Source of the DNA: a virus
Length of the DNA stretch: 38,470 bases
Direction: 5' to 3' (one strand)
Virus record (IMG/VR): IMGVR_UViG_3300045988_038517
Span: 1-38,470 of that record
The notes beneath the pieces were generated by a model, which searched no databases, was not told the origin of the DNA, and saw only the letters and a program-made list of their open reading frames with translations. The translations under genes were made by a program, and so were the position numbers. Below are positions 9,523-17,194 of the stretch, one piece after another; position 1 is the stretch's first letter, and each line of letters opens with the position of its first letter.

Positions 9523-10259
9523 TCAGGATCCCTCACCTCCGTTCTCTTCCACCATGCGGCGGCTGTCTTCCAATGCCTGCTCCCAGAACGCCTCCGCTTC
9601 GGCCAGCGTGGTCTCTCGCCAGTTCGCCCTCGGAGGCTCCACCTCTGCCACGACGTCGGAATAGGTGGTTTCCACCTCGACGCCTACCCCTTTCGCGCAA
9701 AGGCGGATCAGCGAGGACATATAATCGCGGTAAGCGTTCCGTTTGTAGTCTTCTTTGAGCAGATACAGTGCATAATTGTTGAAATACCGCAGGCCATAGG
9801 CCCGCAGATGTTCGAGGCTCGCCCGGCCGATCAGAACCCAAAATCGGTCGCGTTCAACATGCCGAGCGATTTGGTAAAACCCAGCACATCGGGCTGCATC
9901 AAGGTCTGCACCAGAGCGTCCAGAGCTTTCATGATGTTGTCTGATTCGCCCTCTTCCAGCGTGTACAGCTGGTGCAGTGCATCCACCGTGCGCTTCGGGT
10001 CCAGCTTCATCAGCGGCTTGGCAAAGTCCAGCGCGGCAAGGGCAAACTCACGCGGGGTGAGCTTTTTCTTCTCCGCCTGAGTCTCGACCGGTGCGCCCAG
10101 CAGCTTCATGGCGTTGTCCACGATGGCCTGCCGGGCCGCTTTGATCTCCGGGTTGTCCACATTGTCCTTGGCGTCCATCACCATGCGGGTGATGCTGTCG
10201 ATGGCGTCATACAGCTTGGGGATGGACTCCACAGGGTCCAGATTGATGGTCAGGATCAT
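9523..10259 (-). CDS. Tail assembly chaperone G-T fusion made by -1 programmed frameshift (about 245 aa)
   Basis: The -1 frame is open from the heptamer to 9523 and reads protein-like sequence (..LEHLRAYGLRYFNNYALYLLKEDYKRNAYRDYMSSLIRL..EEAFWEQALEDSRRMVEENGGEGS). It ends 14 nt before the tape measure ATG. Confidence 0.7.
9831..10259 (-). CDS. Tail assembly chaperone G
   Basis: 142 aa, acidic, between the major tail and tape measure genes. ATGA overlap with the major tail stop. Contains the slippery heptamer 14 codons before its stop. Confidence 0.75.
   Translation of the reverse strand: MILTINLDPVESIPKLYDAIDSITRMVMDAKDNVDNPEIKAARQAIVDNAMKLLGAPVETQAEKKKLTPREFALAALDFAKPLMKLDPKRTVDALHQLYTLEEGESDNIMKALDALVQTLMQPDVLGFTKSLGMLNATDFGF
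9876..9882 (-). promoter_or_regulatory. -1 ribosomal frameshift slippery heptamer G GGT TTT
   Basis: Minus-strand GGGTTTT sits in the X XXY YYZ phase of the G frame (ctG GGT TTT acc). I verified the phase against the stop at 9831-9833. Confidence 0.7.
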
Positions 10260-10825
10260 CCTTCGCCTCCGGTCGTCTTCACATAAAATTCCATCGGCAC
10301 CTTGCTGGTGTCGGCGATATCATAGTGCCCCTTCAGGCTCAGGGACAGATTGCCCTTGCCGTCCTTGCTGGTCTTGAGTTCCAGACCGCCGTCACTGGCG
10401 GCCTTCGACAGCCTGCAGGCTGCGTATCCGCCGCCGATCAGCTGGCCATACCACCAGACATCCTGAAAATCCTCTTCCTTGTAGTCCTCGCGCACCGTGA
10501 TCTTGTTTGCTTCGACATCTGCCGCACCGAGACTCAGCTTAATGGTGTCGGAACTGACGGTCAGGCAGGTGGTGGACAGGCCGCAATCCCAGCCCGTGAT
10601 ATGCTTGAGCTGATAGGTATTTTCGGGTACTTCGTCGATGTCCTCTCCAAAATCCACGGTTTTGGGCTTGCAGGTAATGGAGATGCCGCCGGAAGTCAGG
10701 CAGATGCGGTCTTCGGCAGCGATTGCTTTTGTCCCGGCGGGGTCAAAGGTCTTCAGCAGGGCACCCGCCTGGAACTGAAGCTTCTTGAACTCATCTGCCG
10801 AAACGGGCGTGAACATTTTGTTCAT
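10256..10825 (-). CDS. Major tail protein
   Basis: 189 aa, directly upstream of the chaperone G/GT pair. It is beta-rich and acidic. AAGGA RBS. Confidence 0.7.
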   Translation of the reverse strand: MNKMFTPVSADEFKKLQFQAGALLKTFDPAGTKAIAAEDRICLTSGGISITCKPKTVDFGEDIDEVPENTYQLKHITGWDCGLSTTCLTVSSDTIKLSLGAADVEANKITVREDYKEEDFQDVWWYGQLIGGGYAACRLSKAASDGGLELKTSKDGKGNLSLSLKGHYDIADTSKVPMEFYVKTTGGEG

Positions 10826-10838
10826 GGTTCATCCTTTC

Positions 10839-11216
10839 TCACACCACGAAGGATGTGACGTCAAAGTTAAGGTATGTGCACAGATATTTTTCCGGTGGGT
10901 TGTCCATTGGCTGCGCCCACGGGCTGCCTGCGCACAAAAGGACCGCGCCGCCCTCGCACTCGATGGTCAGTCCATCGCCAATGGCCGCGCGGAGTTCATC
11001 GGTCTTGCGAATGATGGGGAGCTTGCCGCCGTCCACCGGATACCACAGTCGCGCATGGAAGGTGCTGCTCTCGTCAAAACCTTTTGGGATGACCGGCCGC
11101 ACCGTGATATATGGTAGGGAAGCGCCCGGCGGCACGAAATCCTCCGGGTATACAGGAATATCGAACAGTATAAAAAATCTGTTCAGCGCCGTGGTAATGG
11201 CTTCTTCTGCGCCCAT
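10839..11216 (-). CDS. Tail terminator / tail completion protein (assigned by position)
   Basis: 125 aa starting at MGAEEAIT. The ATG overlaps the upstream stop (TGATG). It is the last neck gene before the major tail gene. Confidence 0.5.
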   Translation of the reverse strand: MGAEEAITTALNRFFILFDIPVYPEDFVPPGASLPYITVRPVIPKGFDESSTFHARLWYPVDGGKLPIIRKTDELRAAIGDGLTIECEGGAVLLCAGSPWAQPMDNPPEKYLCTYLNFDVTSFVV

Positions 11217-11587
11217 CAGGAAAGCACCACCTTTTTGCACTGCACAACGGCAAGATTCATCCCGCTTTCGGCGGGGGAAACCTTGTCGCTGCTTGCGGTG
11301 GTCACCTCATAGGTCTGCCCATCGTCCAGCCGCTTGATGCAGTCGAAGGGGGCCAGCTTGATGCCCTTGTCCACATAGAGGGAGTAGGTGGATGCCGTGC
11401 CCTGCTGCTCTGCCTGCTGCGCTTCAATGGTCTGGTCGTGGCGCTCGATGGCGAGGAATTCCATGCCGTCCTCCCATGTGGTGGTAGAGCCAAACAGGCC
11501 GTCCGATACCAGCTTCTTGACCATGAAGCAGAACTTTTTTGTAAAATTCTCCATCACGGTGAACTTGGTGAAATCGTTTACAGGCAT
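11216..11587 (-). CDS. Head closure / stopper-type neck protein (assigned by position)
   Basis: 123 aa starting at MPVNDF. GGAGGAA lies 6 nt upstream, and there is a TAATG overlap with the preceding gene. Confidence 0.5.
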   Translation of the reverse strand: MPVNDFTKFTVMENFTKKFCFMVKKLVSDGLFGSTTTWEDGMEFLAIERHDQTIEAQQAEQQGTASTYSLYVDKGIKLAPFDCIKRLDDGQTYEVTTASSDKVSPAESGMNLAVVQCKKVVLS

Positions 11588-11997
11588 TACAGTTTCCTCC
11601 ATTGGTTGATCTCCCGGCGGTAGCGGGTGCAGCCGTCTGCGGGCAGGCCGTCGGAGCCGGTGGCCATGGCGCCGGACCAGCCGTTGAAGGACTGGGAAAC
11701 ATAGCGCCCGCCGCCGGGGGTGGCTGCATCGTAGTCGGTGATCTTCTGGGCAAGCTCCACGAAATCAGGAGGGACGCGCATAGGCTGCACCGTGCCGGTA
11801 AAGGTCTCGGCGGTCAGGTCTCCGTCTCCCGCCTTGTGCACTCCGTCATTGAAAACAGACCCGCACACAAGGAAATACTGCCCGGCGGATACCCCGGCTG
11901 GGACGGTATCTGCCGTGAAGGTAAATTCCCCGGCGGTGGGGTCATCGTACCGGTCAAAGAAGTTTCGCGTGTACACGCACAGTTCTGGCACAGTCAT
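11587..11997 (-). CDS. Head-tail adaptor / connector protein (assigned by position)
   Basis: 136 aa, the first gene after the major capsid gene. GGAGGTGA RBS. Confidence 0.5.
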   Translation of the reverse strand: MTVPELCVYTRNFFDRYDDPTAGEFTFTADTVPAGVSAGQYFLVCGSVFNDGVHKAGDGDLTAETFTGTVQPMRVPPDFVELAQKITDYDAATPGGGRYVSQSFNGWSGAMATGSDGLPADGCTRYRREINQWRKL

Positions 11998-12018
11998 GCG
12001 GGGTCACCTCCTTGCCGG

Positions 12019-12918
12019 TCAGACCGATTCGCCCGGTGTAATGGTCTGGACAGAGATGCCGTCCAGATACTCCGCGAACAGGGTCACGCCGGTGATGGCG
12101 AAGCTCTCAGAGACGGCGGTGGTGTAGTTGCCCTGGGTGTGGAAGCCGATCAGGTTGCTGGCCTCTCCTGCGGTGGTGTACACCAGACCGGCCTTTGCGT
12201 AGTCGCTGTCGGAGGGGTCAACGTAGTACATCACGATGTTGTCCACAGGGGTGGCAATGACCTTGCCCTTTGCGATCTCGCCGTCGGACAGCAGGAAGAT
12301 GGTGTTGTAGCCCATGAAGTCTTTGATGTACTGGAAGCCGTACTGGTTCTGGATGGTGATGTTTGCGGTGCCCAGATACTCGGCCACATCCATGACGTTC
12401 ACGAAGCCCACCACGCCGGTGACGGTGCGGTGCATGTTCTTGAACTTGTTCTCCACACTGCCCTTTGCCATCGCCAGCGCCATCTGGAAGGTCTTGGGGG
12501 TGCCCTTCAGGCTGCCGGTGTTCAGGTACTTGTAGAACTTGTCGGTGACCTTGGCGGTCAGGTCGTACAGGAACTCGTCGTCGGTCTTCTGCACAGCGAC
12601 GTCGTAGCCATAGTTCTGGATCGCTTCCAGGGAGACGGCCTTGGCATACTTCTCAATGGTGATCTTGCCGTAATCCTTCTCCTTGACGGTGTACTGGCTG
12701 TAAGGGATCTCCTCGCCCTCTGCCACGGTGCCGCTCTGCAGGGTGCCCTGTGCATACTTGCTCTTCAGCACAGTGCCGGGCTGCATCCGGATGGGGCGCA
12801 TGATGCCCATGATCTCCCGCAGATGATCCCAGTTGCGCTGGAAGCGGGTCACGAAGTCGATCTCGCGGGGGTTGACGGTGATTTCGGTGGTGGTAATCAG
12901 ATTTTCTTTTGCTGCCAT
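12019..12918 (-). CDS. Major capsid protein (HK97-fold type)
   Basis: 299 aa, following the scaffold gene. The sequence pattern (..NPREIDFVTRFQRNWDHL.., ..GFVNVMDVAEYLG.., ..GFHTQGNYT..) is typical of Gram-positive siphophage capsid proteins. Confidence 0.85.
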   Translation of the reverse strand: MAAKENLITTTEITVNPREIDFVTRFQRNWDHLREIMGIMRPIRMQPGTVLKSKYAQGTLQSGTVAEGEEIPYSQYTVKEKDYGKITIEKYAKAVSLEAIQNYGYDVAVQKTDDEFLYDLTAKVTDKFYKYLNTGSLKGTPKTFQMALAMAKGSVENKFKNMHRTVTGVVGFVNVMDVAEYLGTANITIQNQYGFQYIKDFMGYNTIFLLSDGEIAKGKVIATPVDNIVMYYVDPSDSDYAKAGLVYTTAGEASNLIGFHTQGNYTTAVSESFAITGVTLFAEYLDGISVQTITPGESV

Positions 12919-12921
12919 AGG

Positions 12922-13509
12922 TTATTCCTTCCCGCCGCCTGTAAACAGGTCGGCATTTGCTGCAATCGCCGCCTGGCGTTCGCCTGCGTCCTTGATTGCA
13001 AAAATCTGGTCTTTGGTCATTTTGGAGCCGGCGTTTGCGGGCGGGTTGTCCACCGGTGCGCCCTTGGTTGAGGTGCTGCCCACATAGTCGCTCCAATCGG
13101 TTTTCAGGCTCTCAGCCAGCTTGTCCGCGTTCTTCACGTTGCCCTTGCTGTCCAGTTCCATCTTGTCGATGTCCTCGCCAGACAAGCGCACGATGCGGTC
13201 AAAGTACTTTTCCAGCACACCTGCGGCCTTGAGCTGCTCCCGGAACTTGGATTCCTTTGCGGCTCTGGATTCCTTTGCGGTCTGCTGGGTCTTGTAGTCG
13301 GTCAGCGCCTGCTCTGCGGTCTGCTTACCGCTGTTGGCTGCGTCCCGTTCCTTTTCCGCTGCAACGCGGGCGTTTTTCTCGGTATCCAGTTCGTCCCGGA
13401 GGGCATCGGTCTCCTCGTGCAAGGCGTCCAGAATGGCTTTTGCCTTGTCATCGTTGGAGGTTTCGGCGTTTTCCAGAATCTTGCGGATATCTGCTCTTTT
13501 GAGTGCCAT
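12922..13509 (-). CDS. Capsid scaffolding protein
   Basis: 195 aa starting at MALKRADIRKIL. It is highly charged and helical (E/K/A-rich) and lies immediately upstream of the capsid gene. The ORF-track N-terminal extension runs through the tRNA-Met gene and was rejected. Confidence 0.75.
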   Translation of the reverse strand: MALKRADIRKILENAETSNDDKAKAILDALHEETDALRDELDTEKNARVAAEKERDAANSGKQTAEQALTDYKTQQTAKESRAAKESKFREQLKAAGVLEKYFDRIVRLSGEDIDKMELDSKGNVKNADKLAESLKTDWSDYVGSTSTKGAPVDNPPANAGSKMTKDQIFAIKDAGERQAAIAANADLFTGGGKE

Positions 13510-13586
13510 GTGTGTTCGTCCTTTCTGCCCTTGCTTGGGCTGCCATGCTTGGCAATAAGGTGTTTTTTCCGGTCGTGCTGCCGGTG

Positions 13587-13662
13587 TGGTGCCGCTTGCA
13601 GGGGTCGAACCTGCAACTACCCGGTTATGAGCCGGGAGCACTGCCAGTTGTGCGAAAACGGC
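13587..13662 (-). tRNA. tRNA-Met(CAT), elongator-like (or Ile2 if lysidine-modified), CCA encoded
   Basis: Hand-folded as 76 nt. Acceptor GCCGTTT/AAGCGGC, D arm GCAC-AACTGGCA-GTGC, anticodon arm CCCGG-CTCATAA-CCGGG, variable TAGTT, T arm GCAGG-TTCGACC-CCTGC, A73, CCA. The G1-C72 pair and absence of a 3xGC anticodon stem argue against an initiator. Confidence 0.85.
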
Positions 13663-13703
13663 ATATAAAAAGCGGCTGACGCTGTGCGCCAACCTCTGAG
13701 TAT

Positions 13704-13919
13704 TTAGTTTTTGCGTTCAACTTTGGTGATACATTCGACCGCCCAAAACTTCGCTTCCTGTAATTTTGTCATGCACAGACTCTTTTCTCGGCTTTCAGGA
13801 AGTGCGTCAAGCTGGGTTGCAAGTTCAAGGAAAAGGTCTTCTGCCTCGCAGTGCGCAGTTTTCACATCATCGGACAGGAACTTTTCTTTTGGTGTTTTGA
13901 ACATTTTTTCCAAATTCAT
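13704..13919 (-). CDS. Hypothetical small protein
   Basis: 71 aa. AAGGAGG lies 9 nt before the ATG. The region is lower in GC than its neighbours. No family recognised. Confidence 0.55.
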   Translation of the reverse strand: MNLEKMFKTPKEKFLSDDVKTAHCEAEDLFLELATQLDALPESREKSLCMTKLQEAKFWAVECITKVERKN

Positions 13920-13922
13920 GAA

Positions 13923-14375
13923 TTACGCCTCCTTGTTTCCTTCCTCTACTGCAATCTCTTGCAGTTCCTTGATATGATCTTCCACCGCCGGTCGCAGGAA
14001 GGGGCGGGGAGCCATTCCCCTGGTAAAGTGCCACTTGCCGTTGAAGTCTTGCCAGACCCACGGCGTTTTGCGTCCATCGCCCTTCGCTGCAAAAATACCA
14101 GTGCCTAACTCCACAGGCACACTGTAAAACAGGTTTGAGCCGATGGTCACGATCTTTTGTGCCGCTGATACAACGTAGGTAATGGATGCTTTCAGCGCGC
14201 CGCCAACATAGCCCTCTATGCCGGTGCTGTCTTCCGTGCCGGTGGGCACAAGCAGCTGGGCATAGTCCTGCACCTTCATGCCCCAGATGGTCAGCACCCG
14301 CTCCACCCACGCTTCCAGCGCTTCATAGAGCTGCGGGGTGTTGTCGGTAACCTTGATGTCGTAGTTGAATTTCAT
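13923..14375 (-). CDS. HK97 gp10-like neck/tail-component protein
   Basis: 150 aa starting at MKFNYDIKV. The YSVPVELGTG....RPFLRPA motif resembles the HK97 gp10 family. Its position upstream of the scaffold/capsid genes is unusual. Confidence 0.55.
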   Translation of the reverse strand: MKFNYDIKVTDNTPQLYEALEAWVERVLTIWGMKVQDYAQLLVPTGTEDSTGIEGYVGGALKASITYVVSAAQKIVTIGSNLFYSVPVELGTGIFAAKGDGRKTPWVWQDFNGKWHFTRGMAPRPFLRPAVEDHIKELQEIAVEEGNKEA

Positions 14376-14422
14376 TTCTTTCTCTTGCACCAGATTTCAA
14401 CAAACGCCTTACATTAGGCCTC

Positions 14423-14779
14423 TTATCTGCGCCGTTTCTGAACACGCCCTGCAAGCCGTGAGGTGCGGGCCGCTTTTCTCGCGGCCAAATCAATGCCGCC
14501 GCCCGGCCCGGTTCCGTAACCAAGCGAATAATCCGGGCTTGCTACAAGTTCTTTGTTACGAGCGTCTTTAATTTTGTCCATTTTCGCCTTTGAAATCGGT
14601 TTAGCTTTTCCGTTCTTCAGAAGTTTGTTCGCCATTTCTTTTGAAATAATGTCATTCGCGTCTTGCAAACCTCGAAACTCTCCACCGGCGGCCTGAAAAT
14701 AGATTTTTTCTTTTCCACGAATCGTAATGGAAAATCCGCCGTTTGACCGTGTAGAACTTCCAGAGCCTCGTTTACTCAT
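14423..14779 (-). CDS. Hypothetical basic protein (possible head-internal protein)
   Basis: 118 aa, Gly/Lys/Arg-rich. Its start overlaps the Mu-F-like gene stop by 8 nt. Confidence 0.5.
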   Translation of the reverse strand: MSKRGSGSSTRSNGGFSITIRGKEKIYFQAAGGEFRGLQDANDIISKEMANKLLKNGKAKPISKAKMDKIKDARNKELVASPDYSLGYGTGPGGGIDLAARKAARTSRLAGRVQKRRR

Positions 14780-15806
14780 TTTTGGAACCCTCCTTTCTGC
14801 GTTTTCGTTCTTTTGCCCGCCACATCTGTTCGGCTTCCGTGCCGCCCTTTGCCTTGTACCACTCGGTATAGGTCAGGTCTCCTGTCCGCTCTTTGGTGAC
14901 GTTATCCCGCCGCATAGCGTTCTGCCGGGGATACTTGACCAGCGCACTGGACAGCTTGCACCGGCAGTGATAAACCATTTCCGGCGCTGCGTTGGGGTCG
15001 CCTGGGTACTGTATCTCGTAGCCCTGCACCTTGAAAGGCTCGTCTAGGTCTGCGGTTTCCTTATCCAGCAGGCGGTGCGTCTCGCGGGTGCGGTAGTCCA
15101 GTGTGCTGTTCCAACGCTTCTGCACCTCAATGCCAATGGCTTGGGCGTTGCGCAGTTGCTGCATCGTCCCTGCGTTCTGTGCGCCGGTAAGGGCTGTGAT
15201 GGCGTTGTTCATCGCCCAGTGCACCTCGCTGTCTGCCATGCCTTTCACGGCCTGTGTGGCGATGTCATGGACGCTTTTGCCCTGTATGATGCCTTTTGTG
15301 ACGTAGCGGTTGAATACCCGCGCGTCATAGGTGCGGTTGCTCTCGCTCTTGATGCGCTTGTTGGGCACAAGCTTGGGGTTTTCCAGCAGCAACCGCTTGA
15401 CCGCTTCGGTGTTGTACAAGGTCAGGTTGAACGTCACGCCTGCGGCCTGTTCCAGTTCGTAGAACGCCCAGTTTGCGCCAAGGGCAAAGATATCGTACTG
15501 CTCATCCCGCGCCAGCTTGTATGCCGTCTGCTGGGCTGTGGTGCACGTCTGGGTGATGTTGTCCAACTTCTGGCGCATCATCTCGGACTGAAACACCTGA
15601 TTCCGCAGCCATGTTCGGTAGTCGCTCTCGGTGATCTTCCCGGCTTCCAACTGCGCCCGCTTGTAGGCGTCCAACTTCTGGTAATGTTCCAGAAACTCGG
15701 TCAGCTGCTCGGTTATTTCCCGGCGGGCTGTTCCATAGACCCGCAAAATGCGGCGGCGCAGGCGGTTCAGCTGCCGGGTTGAGATGCGGTCAAGGTCGGT
15801 CGTCAT
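14772..15806 (-). CDS. Head morphogenesis protein, Mu F / SPP1 gp7 family
   Basis: 344 aa, immediately after the portal gene (ATGA overlap). Motif DYRTRETHRLLD...PGDPNAAPEMVYHCRCKL is typical of Phage_Mu_F. Confidence 0.85.
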   Translation of the reverse strand: MTTDLDRISTRQLNRLRRRILRVYGTARREITEQLTEFLEHYQKLDAYKRAQLEAGKITESDYRTWLRNQVFQSEMMRQKLDNITQTCTTAQQTAYKLARDEQYDIFALGANWAFYELEQAAGVTFNLTLYNTEAVKRLLLENPKLVPNKRIKSESNRTYDARVFNRYVTKGIIQGKSVHDIATQAVKGMADSEVHWAMNNAITALTGAQNAGTMQQLRNAQAIGIEVQKRWNSTLDYRTRETHRLLDKETADLDEPFKVQGYEIQYPGDPNAAPEMVYHCRCKLSSALVKYPRQNAMRRDNVTKERTGDLTYTEWYKAKGGTEAEQMWRAKERKRRKEGSKNE

Positions 15807-17182
15807 TCTTCATCACCGCCGGTGTCCTCGTTTTCATCCGTTTCTTCTCGCTCTACGCTCTCAGCCATCAGCGCGGCCTTTGCCTGCTCCTTCTGCTCCT
15901 GTGTGAGGTTCGGCAGCAGCTCAATTGCCATCTCGTTGCCGATGATAGTCGCCTCCGCAAGCGCCATGTCCACCTGCTCCTTGGTGTTGGAGATGCGCAC
16001 ATGGGTGTACTGCGGCTTTGCGTCCGGCAGACCGGCGATCTTGAGCACCTGACGCACAAACCGGGTGATCTGCTGCTCAAAGTCGCGGGCGTTCTCGTCC
16101 AGCGGCTGATAGGCGGCTTCCAGATGGTCGTTGGTGCTGTCTGCGCTTACGCAATGTACATCCAGCCCTCCGAAATCCTCATACAGGGAGCTGTGCAGCC
16201 GCTGCAACAGGGTCTCCCGCGCCTGTGTGGGAATCTCCTGCGTGTAAGGCTGAACACTGCCGCCGTTGTCCCCGGCGTTGTCTACGTTGGCGGCGTGGTT
16301 GAACCGCAGCCGCTGCATGAACTTGCGCAGATCTTCGTCATTCATGCCGCCGTAGTTGGAAATAAGCCAGTACACTTGCGCACACTCGCGCAGATCATCG
16401 CAAAAGCCGTTGACAATCAGGTCAATGTTGTCGATGTACCCTTTGAGGTTGACAAGTGTGCTCTGCTTTGCGCTGCTGCCCCACAACGGCACAATGGGCA
16501 GCGTTCCGTAACCCTCGCCCTCCACGATCTCGTCCCCGGCGGGGGTTGTGGTCGTGGTAGTCTTGTAGGGCTGATGCTCACCGTCCTGATGCAACATGCG
16601 CTCGCCCTTGCTGTCCTCGGTGTAGCGGGTGTAGCCGCTCTCCTCATACAGTACAGCGTGCATGGGCTTGTCTGGCTGCAAGCGCCAGAACCGGATGCCA
16701 GCCCGCATAGTGCCGTCCTGCTCGTCATACAGGGGCGCAAACTCGGTCAGCTTGAACACGTCCAAGTGGTCGTTGTTCCAAAAGCCAAAGCTTTCCCCGT
16801 GGATGCAGGCAAGGTAACCCAACCGGTAAAGCTGCTCGTCAAAGCTTTCGCCCAACTGCGCTTTTACTTCGTCTGCGTCCGGCAGGGTGATTCCGTTTGC
16901 AAGGCTGTATGCCACGCGCTGCACGTTGAGCCGGTGAAAGGAGTTGCTTTTCACAGTCTCCGGTCGGGCTCTCTTGGTGATGCCGTTGAGCTTATAGTCG
17001 ATGTTGGCAAGTGCATCCAGAAAGTCATCCACGCCGGTGTTGAGCTGCCTGTCGTACTTGTCAGCCTTTTCAGCGGTACGCACCGGGGCGCTTGTAACGT
17101 GCTCCGCGATAAAGCTTTGCACAAAAGCGGTTTTGGCTGCGGGGTCGTTCTGTACCGCTTCAAGGTCTTGGTATGTTCTCAC
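15803..17182 (-). CDS. Portal protein (SPP1 gp6-like)
   Basis: 459 aa, between the terminase and Mu-F-like genes. GTG start with AAGGAG 8 nt upstream. Acidic C-terminal tail. Confidence 0.85.
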   Translation of the reverse strand: MRTYQDLEAVQNDPAAKTAFVQSFIAEHVTSAPVRTAEKADKYDRQLNTGVDDFLDALANIDYKLNGITKRARPETVKSNSFHRLNVQRVAYSLANGITLPDADEVKAQLGESFDEQLYRLGYLACIHGESFGFWNNDHLDVFKLTEFAPLYDEQDGTMRAGIRFWRLQPDKPMHAVLYEESGYTRYTEDSKGERMLHQDGEHQPYKTTTTTTPAGDEIVEGEGYGTLPIVPLWGSSAKQSTLVNLKGYIDNIDLIVNGFCDDLRECAQVYWLISNYGGMNDEDLRKFMQRLRFNHAANVDNAGDNGGSVQPYTQEIPTQARETLLQRLHSSLYEDFGGLDVHCVSADSTNDHLEAAYQPLDENARDFEQQITRFVRQVLKIAGLPDAKPQYTHVRISNTKEQVDMALAEATIIGNEMAIELLPNLTQEQKEQAKAALMAESVEREETDENEDTGGDEE

Positions 17183-17194
17183 TTGCTTTGCTCC

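Noticed and set aside
9533-9841. 102-aa Arg-rich ORF between chaperone G and the tape measure gene
   Set aside because: It lies in the third frame of the region that encodes the T extension. Its Arg/Gly composition is extreme and it has no start context.
11602-13071. 489-aa plus-strand ORF, with similar long plus-strand ORFs at 15779-17797 (672 aa), 1157-1993, 5550-6086, 6144-6959, 6776-7612 and 7913-8503
   Set aside because: These run antisense to well-supported structural genes. They have Gly/Val/His/Leu/Arg-rich shadow composition typical of GC-rich DNA, no RBS and no recognisable domains.
13510-13692. N-terminal extension of the scaffold ORF (256-aa form)
   Set aside because: The extension is translated straight through the tRNA-Met gene (..VVAGSTPA.. 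is the T arm). The real start is the ATG at 13509, which has an RBS.
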